Below, piece by piece: positions 17,219 through 27,709 of a stretch of DNA of 50,082 nucleotides; position 1 is the first letter of the stretch; every line of letters begins with the position of its first letter. The notes under the pieces were generated by a model. That model did no database searches. It saw only the letters and a program-made list of their open reading frames with translations, and was not told where the DNA came from. The translations under genes and the position numbers were made by a program. Source of the DNA: Solirubrobacterales bacterium (lineage in GTDB: Bacteria; Actinomycetota; Thermoleophilia; Solirubrobacterales; 70-9); NCBI GenBank assembly GCA_035558955.1, contig DATMBX010000046.1, positions 1 to 50,082 of the forward strand, written 5' to 3'.

Positions 17219-18457
17219 ATGCTTCAGGAAGTCCCCCTTGGCCAGAAGTCGCTGGCCGACTACACCCACATCGCCGGCAAAGAGCTGAGCGAGCGGATTC
17301 GCGAGCTGGCGGAGCCGCTGAAAGGCCAGCGCGTATTGCACGTCAGCGCGACCGCGTTCGGCGGCGGAGTGTCGGAGATCCTCTACACGATCGTGCCGCT
17401 GATGCGCGATGCCGGGATCGATGCCCACTGGAATGTGATCTTCGGCAAGGAGGAGTTCTTCAATGCGACGAAGCTCCTCCACAACTCCCTGCAGGGGGCC
17501 GAGGAGACGCTCAGCGAGGAGCAGTGGGAGCTGTTCGACGAGATCAACGCGATGAACGCCGAGGGGCTGAAGGACGAGTGGGACACGGTGATCGTCCACG
17601 ATCCGCAGCCGGTCGGCCTGCGCCGCGGCGCGGCGGAGAAAGCGCGCAACTGGATCTGGCGCTGCCACATCGACGTCTCCGAGCCGAACCCGGCGCCGAT
17701 CGCCCGATTGCAGCCGCTGATCGAGGAGTACGACGCGACCGTCTGGCACATGCCCGCCTACGTGCCGGCGGGGGTGAACGGGCACGACGGCGTCAACATC
17801 ATCCCGCCGGCGATCGATCCGCTCTCACCGAAGAACATGGCCTTCTCGCCCGAGGACGCCTCGTTCGTCTGCAAACAGTTCGGGATCGACGTCGACCGGC
17901 CGCTGATCACCCAGGTCTCCCGCTTCGACCCCTGGAAGGACCCGATGGGGGTGATCGACGCCTACCGCGAGGTGACCGAGGAGATCCCGGAGGTGCAGCT
18001 GGCGCTGGTCGGCTCGATGGCCACCGACGACCCCGAGGGCTGGGACTTCTTCCAGCAGACCTTCGAGTACGCCGACGGCGATCCCGACATCAAGATTCTC
18101 AACAACCTCAACAACGTCGGGGCGATCGAGGTCAACGCCTTCCAGTCGCAGTCCGACGTCTGCCTGCAGAAGTCGATCCGCGAGGGATTCGGCCTGACCG
18201 TCACCGAGGCGCTCTGGAAGGGGCGCCCGACCGTGGCCGGCAACGTCGGCGGCATTCCCCTGCAGATCGAAGACGGGGTGAGCGGCTACCTGGTGGACTC
18301 TCCGTCCACCTGCGCGCAGCGCTGCCTGGAGATCCTGCGGGATCCGGGGCTGGGCAAGCAGCTGGGGCGCCACGGCAAGGAACACGCCCGGCGTGAGTTC
18401 CTCTCGCCTCGCCTGTTGCGCGACTGGCTCGAGTTGTTCACAGAATTGGACTCATAG
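17219..18457 (+). CDS. treT: Trehalose synthase, TreT-type (GT4 NDP-glucose:glucose glucosyltransferase)
   Basis: The N-terminus (SLADYTHIAG...IRELAEPLKG...HVSATAFGGGVSEILYTIVPLMRDAGIDAHWNVI...FFNATKLLHNSLQG) follows the archaeal/bacterial TreT pattern as I remember it. The C-terminal half has a GT-B fold. Confidence 0.7.
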   Translation: MLQEVPLGQKSLADYTHIAGKELSERIRELAEPLKGQRVLHVSATAFGGGVSEILYTIVPLMRDAGIDAHWNVIFGKEEFFNATKLLHNSLQGAEETLSEEQWELFDEINAMNAEGLKDEWDTVIVHDPQPVGLRRGAAEKARNWIWRCHIDVSEPNPAPIARLQPLIEEYDATVWHMPAYVPAGVNGHDGVNIIPPAIDPLSPKNMAFSPEDASFVCKQFGIDVDRPLITQVSRFDPWKDPMGVIDAYREVTEEIPEVQLALVGSMATDDPEGWDFFQQTFEYADGDPDIKILNNLNNVGAIEVNAFQSQSDVCLQKSIREGFGLTVTEALWKGRPTVAGNVGGIPLQIEDGVSGYLVDSPSTCAQRCLEILRDPGLGKQLGRHGKEHARREFLSPRLLRDWLELFTELDS

Positions 18458-18486
18458 TCCTGAGCGGTGCGGGTAGGCTGGGCAGG

Positions 18487-19950
18487 ATGCCCGACTCCGA
18501 TCCGTTGATCATCGTCTCCAATCGCGGTCCGGCGCAGTTCGAGCGCGACGAGTCGGGAGAGCGCACGGTGCGGCGTGGTGGTGGTGGGCTCGTAACGGCG
18601 CTGTCGGGGCTGGTCTCGCACCGCGACGCGCTCTGGATCGCCTCGGCGATGACCGACGAAGACGTCGCCGTCTCGGAGGAGAAGGGCGGGCCGGTCGAGC
18701 TGTCGATCGACGGGATCGACTACAGCGTGATGCTGGTCGGCAGCGACGCCGACGCCTACAACCAGTTCTACAACGTGATCGCCAACCCGATCCTCTGGTT
18801 CATCCAGCACTACCTCTGGGACCTCTCCAACGCGCCGGACATCCGCCAGGAGGAGCTGGACGCCTGGGACTACGGCTACCAGGCAGTCAACCGCGACATC
18901 GCGCTGGCGGTGCTGCGGCAGATAGAGGGGCGGGAGCGGCCGCTGGTGATGCTCCACGACTACCACCTCTATACCGCGCCGGGAATGATCCGCGAGGAAC
19001 GCCCCGACGCCTTCCTCCACCACTTCGTCCACATTCCCTGGTCCCAGCCGGACAGCTGGCGCATCCTGCCGGGCCGAATCCGCGAGGCGATCTACCGCGG
19101 CATGCTCGCCAACGACATCATCGGCTTTCACACGCACGCCTACTGCATCAACTTCCTGCGCTGCTGCGACGAGCTGCTGGAGTGTGAGGTCGACTACGAC
19201 CGGGGGATCGTCCGGCATGCGGGCGGCCAGACCATCGCCCGCGCCTACCCGCTCTCGATCGACGCCGAGCGGCTGCGGCGAGCGGCCGAGTCGCCGGAGG
19301 TGGCCGAGGCCGAGCGCGAGGTCCTGGAGCGCCGGCGCAAGCACCTGATCATCCGCGTGGACCGTGCCGACCTCTCCAAGAACGTGCTGCGCGGCTTCAC
19401 CGCCTTCGACACCTTCCTCACTCAGCACCCCGAGTTCCGCGAAGAGGTGACGTTCATCGCCCATCTGCAACCTTCGCGGCAGGACGTCCCCGAATACGCC
19501 GAGTACCTGGAGCGAATCGAGGCCCTCGTCGCCGTCGTCAACCACCGCCACGGCACCACCGACTGGATGCCGATCGACCTCAAGATCTATGAGAACTTCC
19601 ACGACGCCGTCGCTCGCTACAAGCACTTCGACCTGCTGATGGTCAACTCGCTCTTCGACGGGATGAACCTGGTCGCCAAGGAGGCGCCGGCGGTGAACAC
19701 CCGCAACGGCGTGCTGATGCTCTCCGAGAACACCGGGTCGCACGAGGAGCTCTCCGATTGCGCCCTGAGCGTCAACCCGTTCGACATCCAGGAGCAGTCC
19801 GACACGATCTACCGAGCCCTGACCATGGACCCCGAAGAACGTCGGGTCCGCGCCGAGCATCTGAAAGAGCTTGTCTTCTCCCGGAATCCTGGGGATTGGG
19901 TCGATGCCCAACTGGCGGACATCGCGGAGTTGCGCGAAGCGGTTGCATAG
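18487..19950 (+). CDS. otsA: Alpha,alpha-trehalose-phosphate synthase (GT20)
   Basis: LIIVSNRGP, GGGLVTAL, NPILWFIQHYLW, HDYHL, HIPWSQP, VDRADLSKN and DGMNLVAKE motifs all match OtsA. Confidence 0.85.
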   Translation: MPDSDPLIIVSNRGPAQFERDESGERTVRRGGGGLVTALSGLVSHRDALWIASAMTDEDVAVSEEKGGPVELSIDGIDYSVMLVGSDADAYNQFYNVIANPILWFIQHYLWDLSNAPDIRQEELDAWDYGYQAVNRDIALAVLRQIEGRERPLVMLHDYHLYTAPGMIREERPDAFLHHFVHIPWSQPDSWRILPGRIREAIYRGMLANDIIGFHTHAYCINFLRCCDELLECEVDYDRGIVRHAGGQTIARAYPLSIDAERLRRAAESPEVAEAEREVLERRRKHLIIRVDRADLSKNVLRGFTAFDTFLTQHPEFREEVTFIAHLQPSRQDVPEYAEYLERIEALVAVVNHRHGTTDWMPIDLKIYENFHDAVARYKHFDLLMVNSLFDGMNLVAKEAPAVNTRNGVLMLSENTGSHEELSDCALSVNPFDIQEQSDTIYRALTMDPEERRVRAEHLKELVFSRNPGDWVDAQLADIAELREAVA

Positions 19951-19951
19951 G

Positions 19952-19980
19952 GGGAGGTCAGGAGACCCTCCTGACCTCCC
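19952..19980 (+). terminator. GC-rich hairpin immediately after the otsA stop
   Basis: GGGAGGTCAGGAG (19952-19964) and CTCCTGACCTCCC (19968-19980) form a 13-bp perfect stem with a 3-nt loop. It starts 2 nt after TAG 19948-19950. There is no clear T-tract. Confidence 0.55.
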
Positions 19981-20030
19981 TAATCCCAAGCGCCTGGGGA
20001 GAAACTCCGCAGGTGACAGCTTGAAGCTGT

Positions 20031-20426
20031 ATGGGTTCGGTACGGATTCGGTGGCAATTGGCCGGGAAGGTGCTCGGCATCGTTGTTTTGAGCTTGTTTG
20101 GACTGCAAGCGCTCCCCTCGCTGTTGAAGCCTCCCGAGCCACCGCCGTTGGCGGATGACATCGGGCTGCCGCGACCTCAGAAGCCGGTTCCCTTACCTGC
20201 CCCTTCCCCGAAAGCGCTTCAGTCGAAGAAACCGACGAGAAAGCCGCCGCGGCCCAAACCCCTTCCCGCACGCAAACACCACCGCCCAAAGCCACCTCCC
20301 CCGCCCGCACCACCGGAAGCTCCAGCCCCGGCGACTCCTCCGGCGACGCCGGCGCCCACACCTCCGCCAGCTCCAATCCCCGCGGCGCCGCCGTCCGACG
20401 GCTCGTTGGAGTTTGCCCCGCACTAG
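20031..20426 (+). CDS. Membrane-anchored proline-rich protein (hypothetical)
   Basis: One N-terminal TM segment (VLGIVVLSLFGLQAL) followed by about 100 aa of Pro/Lys/Ala-rich sequence. It is the only sensible frame in this interval, but the low-complexity composition makes the coding call weak. Confidence 0.4.
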   Translation: MGSVRIRWQLAGKVLGIVVLSLFGLQALPSLLKPPEPPPLADDIGLPRPQKPVPLPAPSPKALQSKKPTRKPPRPKPLPARKHHRPKPPPPPAPPEAPAPATPPATPAPTPPPAPIPAAPPSDGSLEFAPH

Positions 20427-20444
20427 CTATAGTCCCTCGCCGTT

Positions 20445-20876
20445 TTGGCAGCCCCACGCGAATATGAGTTGGTCTTGATGCTTGACCCCGGCCTCCCGGA
20501 GACCGAGCGGGCGAAGCTTGGGCAGGAGGTTAGAGGCCAGATCGAGGCCGGCGGCACGCTGAAGACCGAGAACAACTGGGGCCTGCGGAAGATGGCCTAC
20601 GAGATCCGGCAACGGACCGAGGCCGACTACCGCTGGTACCGCTTCGAGGCGCCGGCCGAGCTGCTCGACTCGCTGGACCACAACCTGAAGATCGCCGACG
20701 GCGTGCTGCGCTTCCGCATCTTCAAGGTCGATCCCGACGCGCCCTCGATCGTCCCGCCGGCCGCCGGTGCCTCCAGCCCCGCGCCGCGCGAGCCCGAGCG
20801 CGAGCCCGCTTCCGTTCCAAGCGCCCCCAGCGGCGGCGAGGAACCGAGCGAAGCGCCTACCGACGCCGCCGAGTAG
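20445..20876 (+). CDS. rpsF: 30S ribosomal protein S6 (with a Pro/Ala/Glu-rich C-terminal tail)
   Basis: REYELVLMLDP...NWGLRKMAYEI...ADYRWYRFEA...LRFRIFKV is the canonical S6 core. TTG start at 20445. Confidence 0.9.
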   Translation: MAAPREYELVLMLDPGLPETERAKLGQEVRGQIEAGGTLKTENNWGLRKMAYEIRQRTEADYRWYRFEAPAELLDSLDHNLKIADGVLRFRIFKVDPDAPSIVPPAAGASSPAPREPEREPASVPSAPSGGEEPSEAPTDAAE

Positions 20877-20974
20877 CGCTTAGCGCCGCTCTTTCCGGGA
20901 AATCCCTCCGCGCGGGGGAAGAGATCGCTCCGGTCGCGCTCTTAGACTGGGGTCCAGATAACGAATTCAGAGGA

Positions 20975-21460
20975 GTGAGAGCCTTGGCAGCTTCAAACGT
21001 AAACGTGGTGGTCATCACCGGGAACTTGACCCGCGACCCAGAGCTGCGGCATACGCCCGGCGGAACGGCCGTGTGCGACCTGCGGGTGGCGGTCAACAGC
21101 AGCCGCAAAAACGCGCAGGGCGATTGGGAGGACAAGCCCAACTTCTTCGACGTTGCGGTCTGGGGCGGGCAGGGCGAGAACTGCGCCAACTACCTCTCCA
21201 AGGGCCGCCCGGTGGCAATCGAGGGGCGCCTCGACTGGCGCGAGTGGGAGGCCAGAGACGGCAGCAAGCGCCAAGCCGTGCAGATCATCGCCAAATCGGT
21301 CCAGTTCCTCGGCTCGCGGGACGGCTCCGGCGGGGGAGGAGGCGGCAACGGCAACGGCGGCTTCAGCCCCGGCAGCGACACGCCGGCCGACACCTCGGAC
21401 TTCGAGGGGGCTGGGGTCGGAAGCGATGGCGGCGGCTCCGACGACGACATTCCGTTCTAG
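20975..21460 (+). CDS. ssb: Single-stranded DNA-binding protein
   Basis: OB-fold (NVVVITGNLTRDPELRHTPGG...FFDVAVWG...AENCANYLSKGRPVAIEGRL), a Gly-rich linker and the acidic tip DDDIPF. The start could be the TTG a few codons downstream. Confidence 0.9.
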   Translation: MRALAASNVNVVVITGNLTRDPELRHTPGGTAVCDLRVAVNSSRKNAQGDWEDKPNFFDVAVWGGQGENCANYLSKGRPVAIEGRLDWREWEARDGSKRQAVQIIAKSVQFLGSRDGSGGGGGGNGNGGFSPGSDTPADTSDFEGAGVGSDGGGSDDDIPF

Positions 21461-21484
21461 GTAAGCTCCAGCCGCTGGTTTTCT

Positions 21485-21507
21485 GTCGCCCGGCATGTCC
21501 GGGCGAC
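21485..21507 (+). other. Small hairpin between ssb and rpsR
   Basis: GTCGCCCGG (21485-21493) pairs with CCGGGCGAC (21499-21507) around the loop CATGT. The ATG of the ORF-track S18 start lies in the loop. Confidence 0.35.
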
Positions 21508-21527
21508 TTCTACGTAAGGAACCGAAA

Positions 21528-21791
21528 GTGGCAAGGACACGAGACGCAGGCCAATCAGACCGCCGGGGACGCCGCGGACAGGAGCGGGTGCGACCGCGCA
21601 AATACACGCGGATCAACGTCGACACGGTCGACTACAAGGACCTCAACCTGTTGCGGCGCTTCCTCTCCGACAAGGGGAAGACGCGCGGCCGTCGCGTCAC
21701 CGGCCTCTCGCGCAAGCATCAGCGCCAGCTCTCGGTGGCGGTGAAGCGCGCCCGCGAGATCGCCCTGCTGCCCTACGTCGGAGAGCGCTGA
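21528..21791 (+). CDS. rpsR: 30S ribosomal protein S18
   Basis: [50 protein letters not shown] is the canonical S18 sequence. GTG 21528 is preceded by AAGGA and gives ~87 aa. The ORF is open from ATG 21495. Confidence 0.9.
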   Translation: MARTRDAGQSDRRGRRGQERVRPRKYTRINVDTVDYKDLNLLRRFLSDKGKTRGRRVTGLSRKHQRQLSVAVKRAREIALLPYVGER

Positions 21792-21792
21792 G

Positions 21793-22245
21793 ATGGCGCA
21801 GGCGATCCTGCTCCAGGACGTAAAGGACCTCGGTGAGCGCGGCGAGGCGATCGACGTCTCCCCCGGCTACCTTCGCAACTATCTGGTGCCCCGCAAGCTG
21901 GCGCAGCCGGCGACCGCGGGTGCGCTGGAGGAAGCGAAGCGGCGCCATGAGGCGGCGGTAAAGGCGGAGAAAGCCCGTGCCGAGCGTGAGGTAGCGGCCG
22001 CCGGCCTGCTGTCGAAGACCGTCTTGACGATCCACCAGCGGGCCGGAGAGGACGGCAAGCTGTTCGGCTCGGTCGGCCCGAAGGAGATCGCCGACGCGAT
22101 CCGCGAGGCCCGCGACCTTCGCATCGACCGCCGCAGGATCCGCCTCGAGACGCCGATCCGCGAGATCGGCACCCACATGGTGGAGATCGAGCTCGCCGAC
22201 GGCACCGTCGTCTCCGTAAAGACGATCGTCAGCGAAGAGAAGTAG
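21793..22245 (+). CDS. rplI: 50S ribosomal protein L9
   Basis: MAQAILLQDVKDLGERGEAIDVSPGYLRNYLVPRKLA is the canonical L9 N-domain, followed by a long helix and the C-domain. Confidence 0.9.
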   Translation: MAQAILLQDVKDLGERGEAIDVSPGYLRNYLVPRKLAQPATAGALEEAKRRHEAAVKAEKARAEREVAAAGLLSKTVLTIHQRAGEDGKLFGSVGPKEIADAIREARDLRIDRRRIRLETPIREIGTHMVEIELADGTVVSVKTIVSEEK

Positions 22246-22251
22246 CCCGAC

Positions 22252-22980
22252 CTACTCGCCGACCGCGCGCGCTTGGATGCGGCGGTCGGGGCCGAATAGC
22301 GGCAGCGGGTCGCCACAGATCTCCACCAGGCGGGAAACCGTGCGAGGGCCGATCTGCTCCTCCAGCTCCTGCTGGCCGAGATTGGTCGTGACCAGCATCG
22401 ACCGCTGCGCCTCGTAGCGCTCGTTGACCAGCGCGTAGAGCTGCTCCAGCACCCAGTCGCTGCGCTTCTCGGCGCCGAGGTCGTCGATGTGGAGCAGGTC
22501 GACCGAGGTGAGCCGCTCGAAGAAGGCGAGGTAGGAATCGCCGCCGGGCTCGGAGTCGTAGGTGCGCCGGATGCGCGCCAGCAGCTTCGGCAGCGAGTAG
22601 ATCGCGACCGAGCGGGTCGCCTGCAGCGCCGCCTTGGAGACCAGCATCGCCAGCGTCGTCTTGCCGGTGCCCGTGTCCCCCATCAACCAGAGGCCGCGGC
22701 CGGCGTCGAGATTCGCCTCCAGATCCTCGACCCAGCTCCGCACTACCCGGACCACCATCGGCTCGATCTCCGTGACGGGAGGGCGGTCGAAGGAGACGCC
22801 GCGGAACTTGGGCGGGATCACCGATGCGACGCCTTTGCTGCGCCCCCGGCGCAGCCGCTGTTCCCGGCACTCGCAGGGTCGCGCCACGTCTTCGGGGCCG
22901 AGGATCCAGCCGGAGCCGTCGCAGACGCCGAGGGGGCAAGTCTGCTCGCGGAACGGCACGCTGCGCGCGACTGCAGGCAC
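22252..22980 (-). CDS. DnaC/DnaI/IstB-like AAA+ ATPase with an N-terminal Cys-rich (zinc-ribbon-like) segment; putative helicase loader
   Basis: Walker A GDTGTGKTTLA and Walker B LLHIDDLG, with the TTN (sensor) region LVTTNL. The N-terminal segment is CPLGVCDGSG...CEC. The GTG start shares one nucleotide with the dnaB stop (TAGTG). Confidence 0.7.
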   Translation of the reverse strand: MPAVARSVPFREQTCPLGVCDGSGWILGPEDVARPCECREQRLRRGRSKGVASVIPPKFRGVSFDRPPVTEIEPMVVRVVRSWVEDLEANLDAGRGLWLMGDTGTGKTTLAMLVSKAALQATRSVAIYSLPKLLARIRRTYDSEPGGDSYLAFFERLTSVDLLHIDDLGAEKRSDWVLEQLYALVNERYEAQRSMLVTTNLGQQELEEQIGPRTVSRLVEICGDPLPLFGPDRRIQARAVGE

Positions 22981-24404
22981 TAGAACTCAGGCCCCGCCGA
23001 CGCCGCCTCTTCGAACGGCGGTTCCTCGCCCGCGGGCTGCTCGACAGGGCGATCCTGCCCGCTGTAATCGGCGAACTTCGGGAAGCGGTCGAGGAACACG
23101 AGTTTCGGCGAGCCGATCGGCCCGTTCCGGTGCTTGGCGATGATCACGTCGGCCAACCCGTCCGGCTCATCGTCAGGATCGCGGTAGTAGTCCTCTCGGT
23201 AGAGGAAGGCGACGAGATCCGCGTCCTGCTCGATGGATCCCGATTCGCGTAGGTCGGAGAGCATCGGCTTTGGCGGGTGGCGCTGCTCAGGAGCGCGGGA
23301 AAGCTGGGAGATCGCCAGAACTGGGACCTCCAGCTCGCGGGCGAGGATCTTCAGGCCGCGGCTCATCTGCCCCACCTGCTCGACCCGGTTTGCGCGCGGG
23401 TCGTCGGCGCGCATCAACTGGAGGTAGTCGACGATCACCAGCCCGAGACCTCCCCTGTCCTGCTCTTGCGCATGCAGGCGCCGCGCCTTCGCCCGCAGGT
23501 CGAGAAGACCGAGGTCGGAGGAGTCGTCGAACCAGAGCGGCGCCTCCTCCAGCTCGTTGCAGGCGCGCACCACCTTCGGCCAGTCTTTCTGAGAAACCTG
23601 GCCCTTTCGCAGCTTGTCCCCGGAGATCCGCGCCCGGCAGGCGATGAATCGCTGCGCCAGCTCCACTTCGGACATCTCCAGCGAGAAGAACGCAACCGGC
23701 AGCTGCCGCTTGACAGCCACGTTCTCGGCGATATTCGCGACAAGTCCCGACTTTCCCATGGCCGGGCGTGCGGCGACGATGATCAAGTTGCCGGGCTGGA
23801 AACCGCCGGTGACCGCGTCTATGTCCCTGAATCCGGAGGGGGTTCCGGTCAGTTCGGTCTCGCCGGTGGAGAGCTTTTCGAGGCGATCCACTTCGTCATG
23901 GAGAACCTCGGAGAGCCGACGGAAGTCGCTTGCCTGCTCTTTGTGGGCGACGTCGAAGAGGAGCTTCTCGGCGCGCTCGGAGAGCTCGCGCGGGGCGCCG
24001 TCGCGCTCGTGAACCCAGCCCTGTATCTGCTGGCCGGCGCCGAGGAGGCGGCGCAGCAGCGAGTTCTGCTGGACGATCTCCGCGTAGTGCTTGGCGTTGC
24101 CCGCGGCGGGGACCTTGGCGGCCAGCTCGGAGACGTAGTGCTTGCCCCCCGCCTCCTCGATCTGGTTGCGCTGGGTCAGCGCCTCGCTGACGCTCAACTC
24201 GTCGACCGGCTTCGAGTCGGCGTAGAGGTCGTGGACGCAGGCGAAGATGGCGCGGTGCTTGTCGAGGTAGAAGTCCTCGGCATTCAGCTTCACCTCGTCG
24301 ATGACGCGGGTCAGCGCCGGCTCGGCGACCAGCATCGCCCCCAGCACGGACTCCTCGGCCTCGATGTTCTGGGGCGGAACGTTGGCTGTGGGTGCTTGTG
24401 CCAT
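22980..24404 (-). CDS. dnaB: Replicative DNA helicase DnaB (no intein)
   Basis: PPQNIEAEESVLGAML at the N-terminus, Walker A ARPAMGKS, Walker B IVDYLQLM and SQLSR; 474 aa. Confidence 0.95.
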   Translation of the reverse strand: MAQAPTANVPPQNIEAEESVLGAMLVAEPALTRVIDEVKLNAEDFYLDKHRAIFACVHDLYADSKPVDELSVSEALTQRNQIEEAGGKHYVSELAAKVPAAGNAKHYAEIVQQNSLLRRLLGAGQQIQGWVHERDGAPRELSERAEKLLFDVAHKEQASDFRRLSEVLHDEVDRLEKLSTGETELTGTPSGFRDIDAVTGGFQPGNLIIVAARPAMGKSGLVANIAENVAVKRQLPVAFFSLEMSEVELAQRFIACRARISGDKLRKGQVSQKDWPKVVRACNELEEAPLWFDDSSDLGLLDLRAKARRLHAQEQDRGGLGLVIVDYLQLMRADDPRANRVEQVGQMSRGLKILARELEVPVLAISQLSRAPEQRHPPKPMLSDLRESGSIEQDADLVAFLYREDYYRDPDDEPDGLADVIIAKHRNGPIGSPKLVFLDRFPKFADYSGQDRPVEQPAGEEPPFEEAASAGPEF

Positions 24405-24509
24405 CTATCTCAGTGTCCGGATTCCTCCGGCGGAATCGGAGTCAGGCAACGAAACCACATGGCGCGTCACGGAGGGCGCGCCTAACCCCGTTTTTGCGTC
24501 ACCTTTGTG

Positions 24510-26644
<2,135 letters not shown>

Positions 26645-26676
26645 GCGGACCGGTGACTTAGGCGGCTGGAGGGCAT

Positions 26677-26720
26677 GAGAAAGGCGGCCCCCCAGCCGCC
26701 TTTCTCGTTCCCCTTTTTTC
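26677..26720 (+). terminator. Intrinsic terminator after purA
   Basis: GAGAAAGGCGGC (26677-26688) and GCCGCCTTTCTC (26695-26706) form a 12-bp perfect stem. It is followed by GTTCCCCTTTTTTCC, which contains a run of six T. It sits between convergent genes. Confidence 0.6.
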
Positions 26721-26784
26721 CTGACCGAATAACCGTGGTCCTGTGTTGAACCAGTCCTGAGTGAAGCTGAAAGGGCTCCCTGGC

Positions 26785-27552
26785 TTAGCCCTTCTGAGTG
26801 CAGGGCACGACGACGCTGCCCTTGACCTTTGTCCCGTCGGAGAATGACGACTCCGCCTGGGCGTAGAAGCGGCCGGTGGCGCAGCTGGCCAGCAGGTAGC
26901 TCTGCTTTCTGCCCTTGTAGGTGAATTTGCGATCGACCGTGAAGTCGTAAGAAAGCACCGAGCCGCTGCCACCGGCGATCGTCGGAACCGTGGCAATCGA
27001 CCGCAGGCCGAATTTTCCGCTGCGCCGTCTGGTGATTCTCACCGTGGTGACGATCGCGGTCGGGGTCGGCACGGCGACGTAGGCGTGAATGAACAGCGTT
27101 GTGGTGCCACCCTTGACGCCGCCGTTGAAGAAGACCAGCGGGCCGGTTGCATTGAACGGATTCGAGTCGGGGAAGGCGACTCTGACCGTCGTGCTGCCTC
27201 TACCGACGATCGCCTTGGAGCAGGCTTTTTTCGCATTGACGTGACTCTGCGCCTGGAGTCTGCCGGAGGTGCAGACGGGCAGGCCCTTGGCGTTGACGGT
27301 TCCGTACTTGTCGGTGTCGACGACAACGGTTCTCAGCGCCGGCGGATGCCCCCCGTCGACGGCGGCGATGGTGCCGTTGATGTCGAGGGCGATCGGCGCC
27401 AGTCTGTTCTTCGGCAACGCTTTCGGCGTGACCTTGCCCTCATAGGTCAAGATCATGTTCCCCGTCCGGACCGTGACCTTCGCGGCGCTGGCGATCCCGG
27501 CGACGGCCAGCATGGCGCCCAGAGCGAGTATCCAAATCAAGTGCTTGCGCAT
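26785..27552 (-). CDS. Secreted four-cysteine protein, paralogue 1 of an unassigned family
   Basis: Signal peptide MRKHLIWILALGAMLAVAGIASA, with AAGGAG upstream of the ATG. It shares motifs with the 37466-38251, 41666-42427 and 42552-43331 genes (GLPVC, C..AIVGRG, FFNG, IAGG.G, YKGRKQSY..A.C, F.DGT, C-terminal C). Confidence 0.7.
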   Translation of the reverse strand: MRKHLIWILALGAMLAVAGIASAAKVTVRTGNMILTYEGKVTPKALPKNRLAPIALDINGTIAAVDGGHPPALRTVVVDTDKYGTVNAKGLPVCTSGRLQAQSHVNAKKACSKAIVGRGSTTVRVAFPDSNPFNATGPLVFFNGGVKGGTTTLFIHAYVAVPTPTAIVTTVRITRRRSGKFGLRSIATVPTIAGGSGSVLSYDFTVDRKFTYKGRKQSYLLASCATGRFYAQAESSFSDGTKVKGSVVVPCTQKG

Positions 27553-27709
27553 GTCCCTATATCTCTCCTTTGCGACCGGCCCCGTTCAGGTGCCCCGGCC
27601 GTCGAAAGCCTTGGTCTAACCCTCCACCGGCAAAAGTACCAGCATCCGTGATCGATGAACCCGGCGATTCACAGAAAAGAGCGGCTTAACAAGCGCGAAA
27701 CCTTTGGAA

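Noticed and set aside
15815-17785. 656-aa minus-strand ORF antisense to the HtrA and treT genes. Similar long shadow ORFs lie at 7523-9715(+), 39030-41222(-), 33048-34439(-), 28399-29991(-), 28329-29876(+), 29929-31245(+) and 1685-2767(-).
   Set aside because: All are Arg/Gly/Pro/Asp-rich, lack domain signatures, and overlap genes with clear family motifs in another frame or on the other strand.
18286-20457. 723-aa minus-strand ORF across otsA and the proline-rich gene
   Set aside because: This has the same GC-driven artefact composition. It lies antisense to a GT20 OtsA gene with all the family motifs.
20877-20975. Tandem TAGCGC-T-TAGCGC just after the rpsF stop, and a small imperfect repeat in the dnaB leader (24420-24450)
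   Set aside because: These are short, imperfect and within chance expectation for GC-rich DNA. No supporting structure or context was found.
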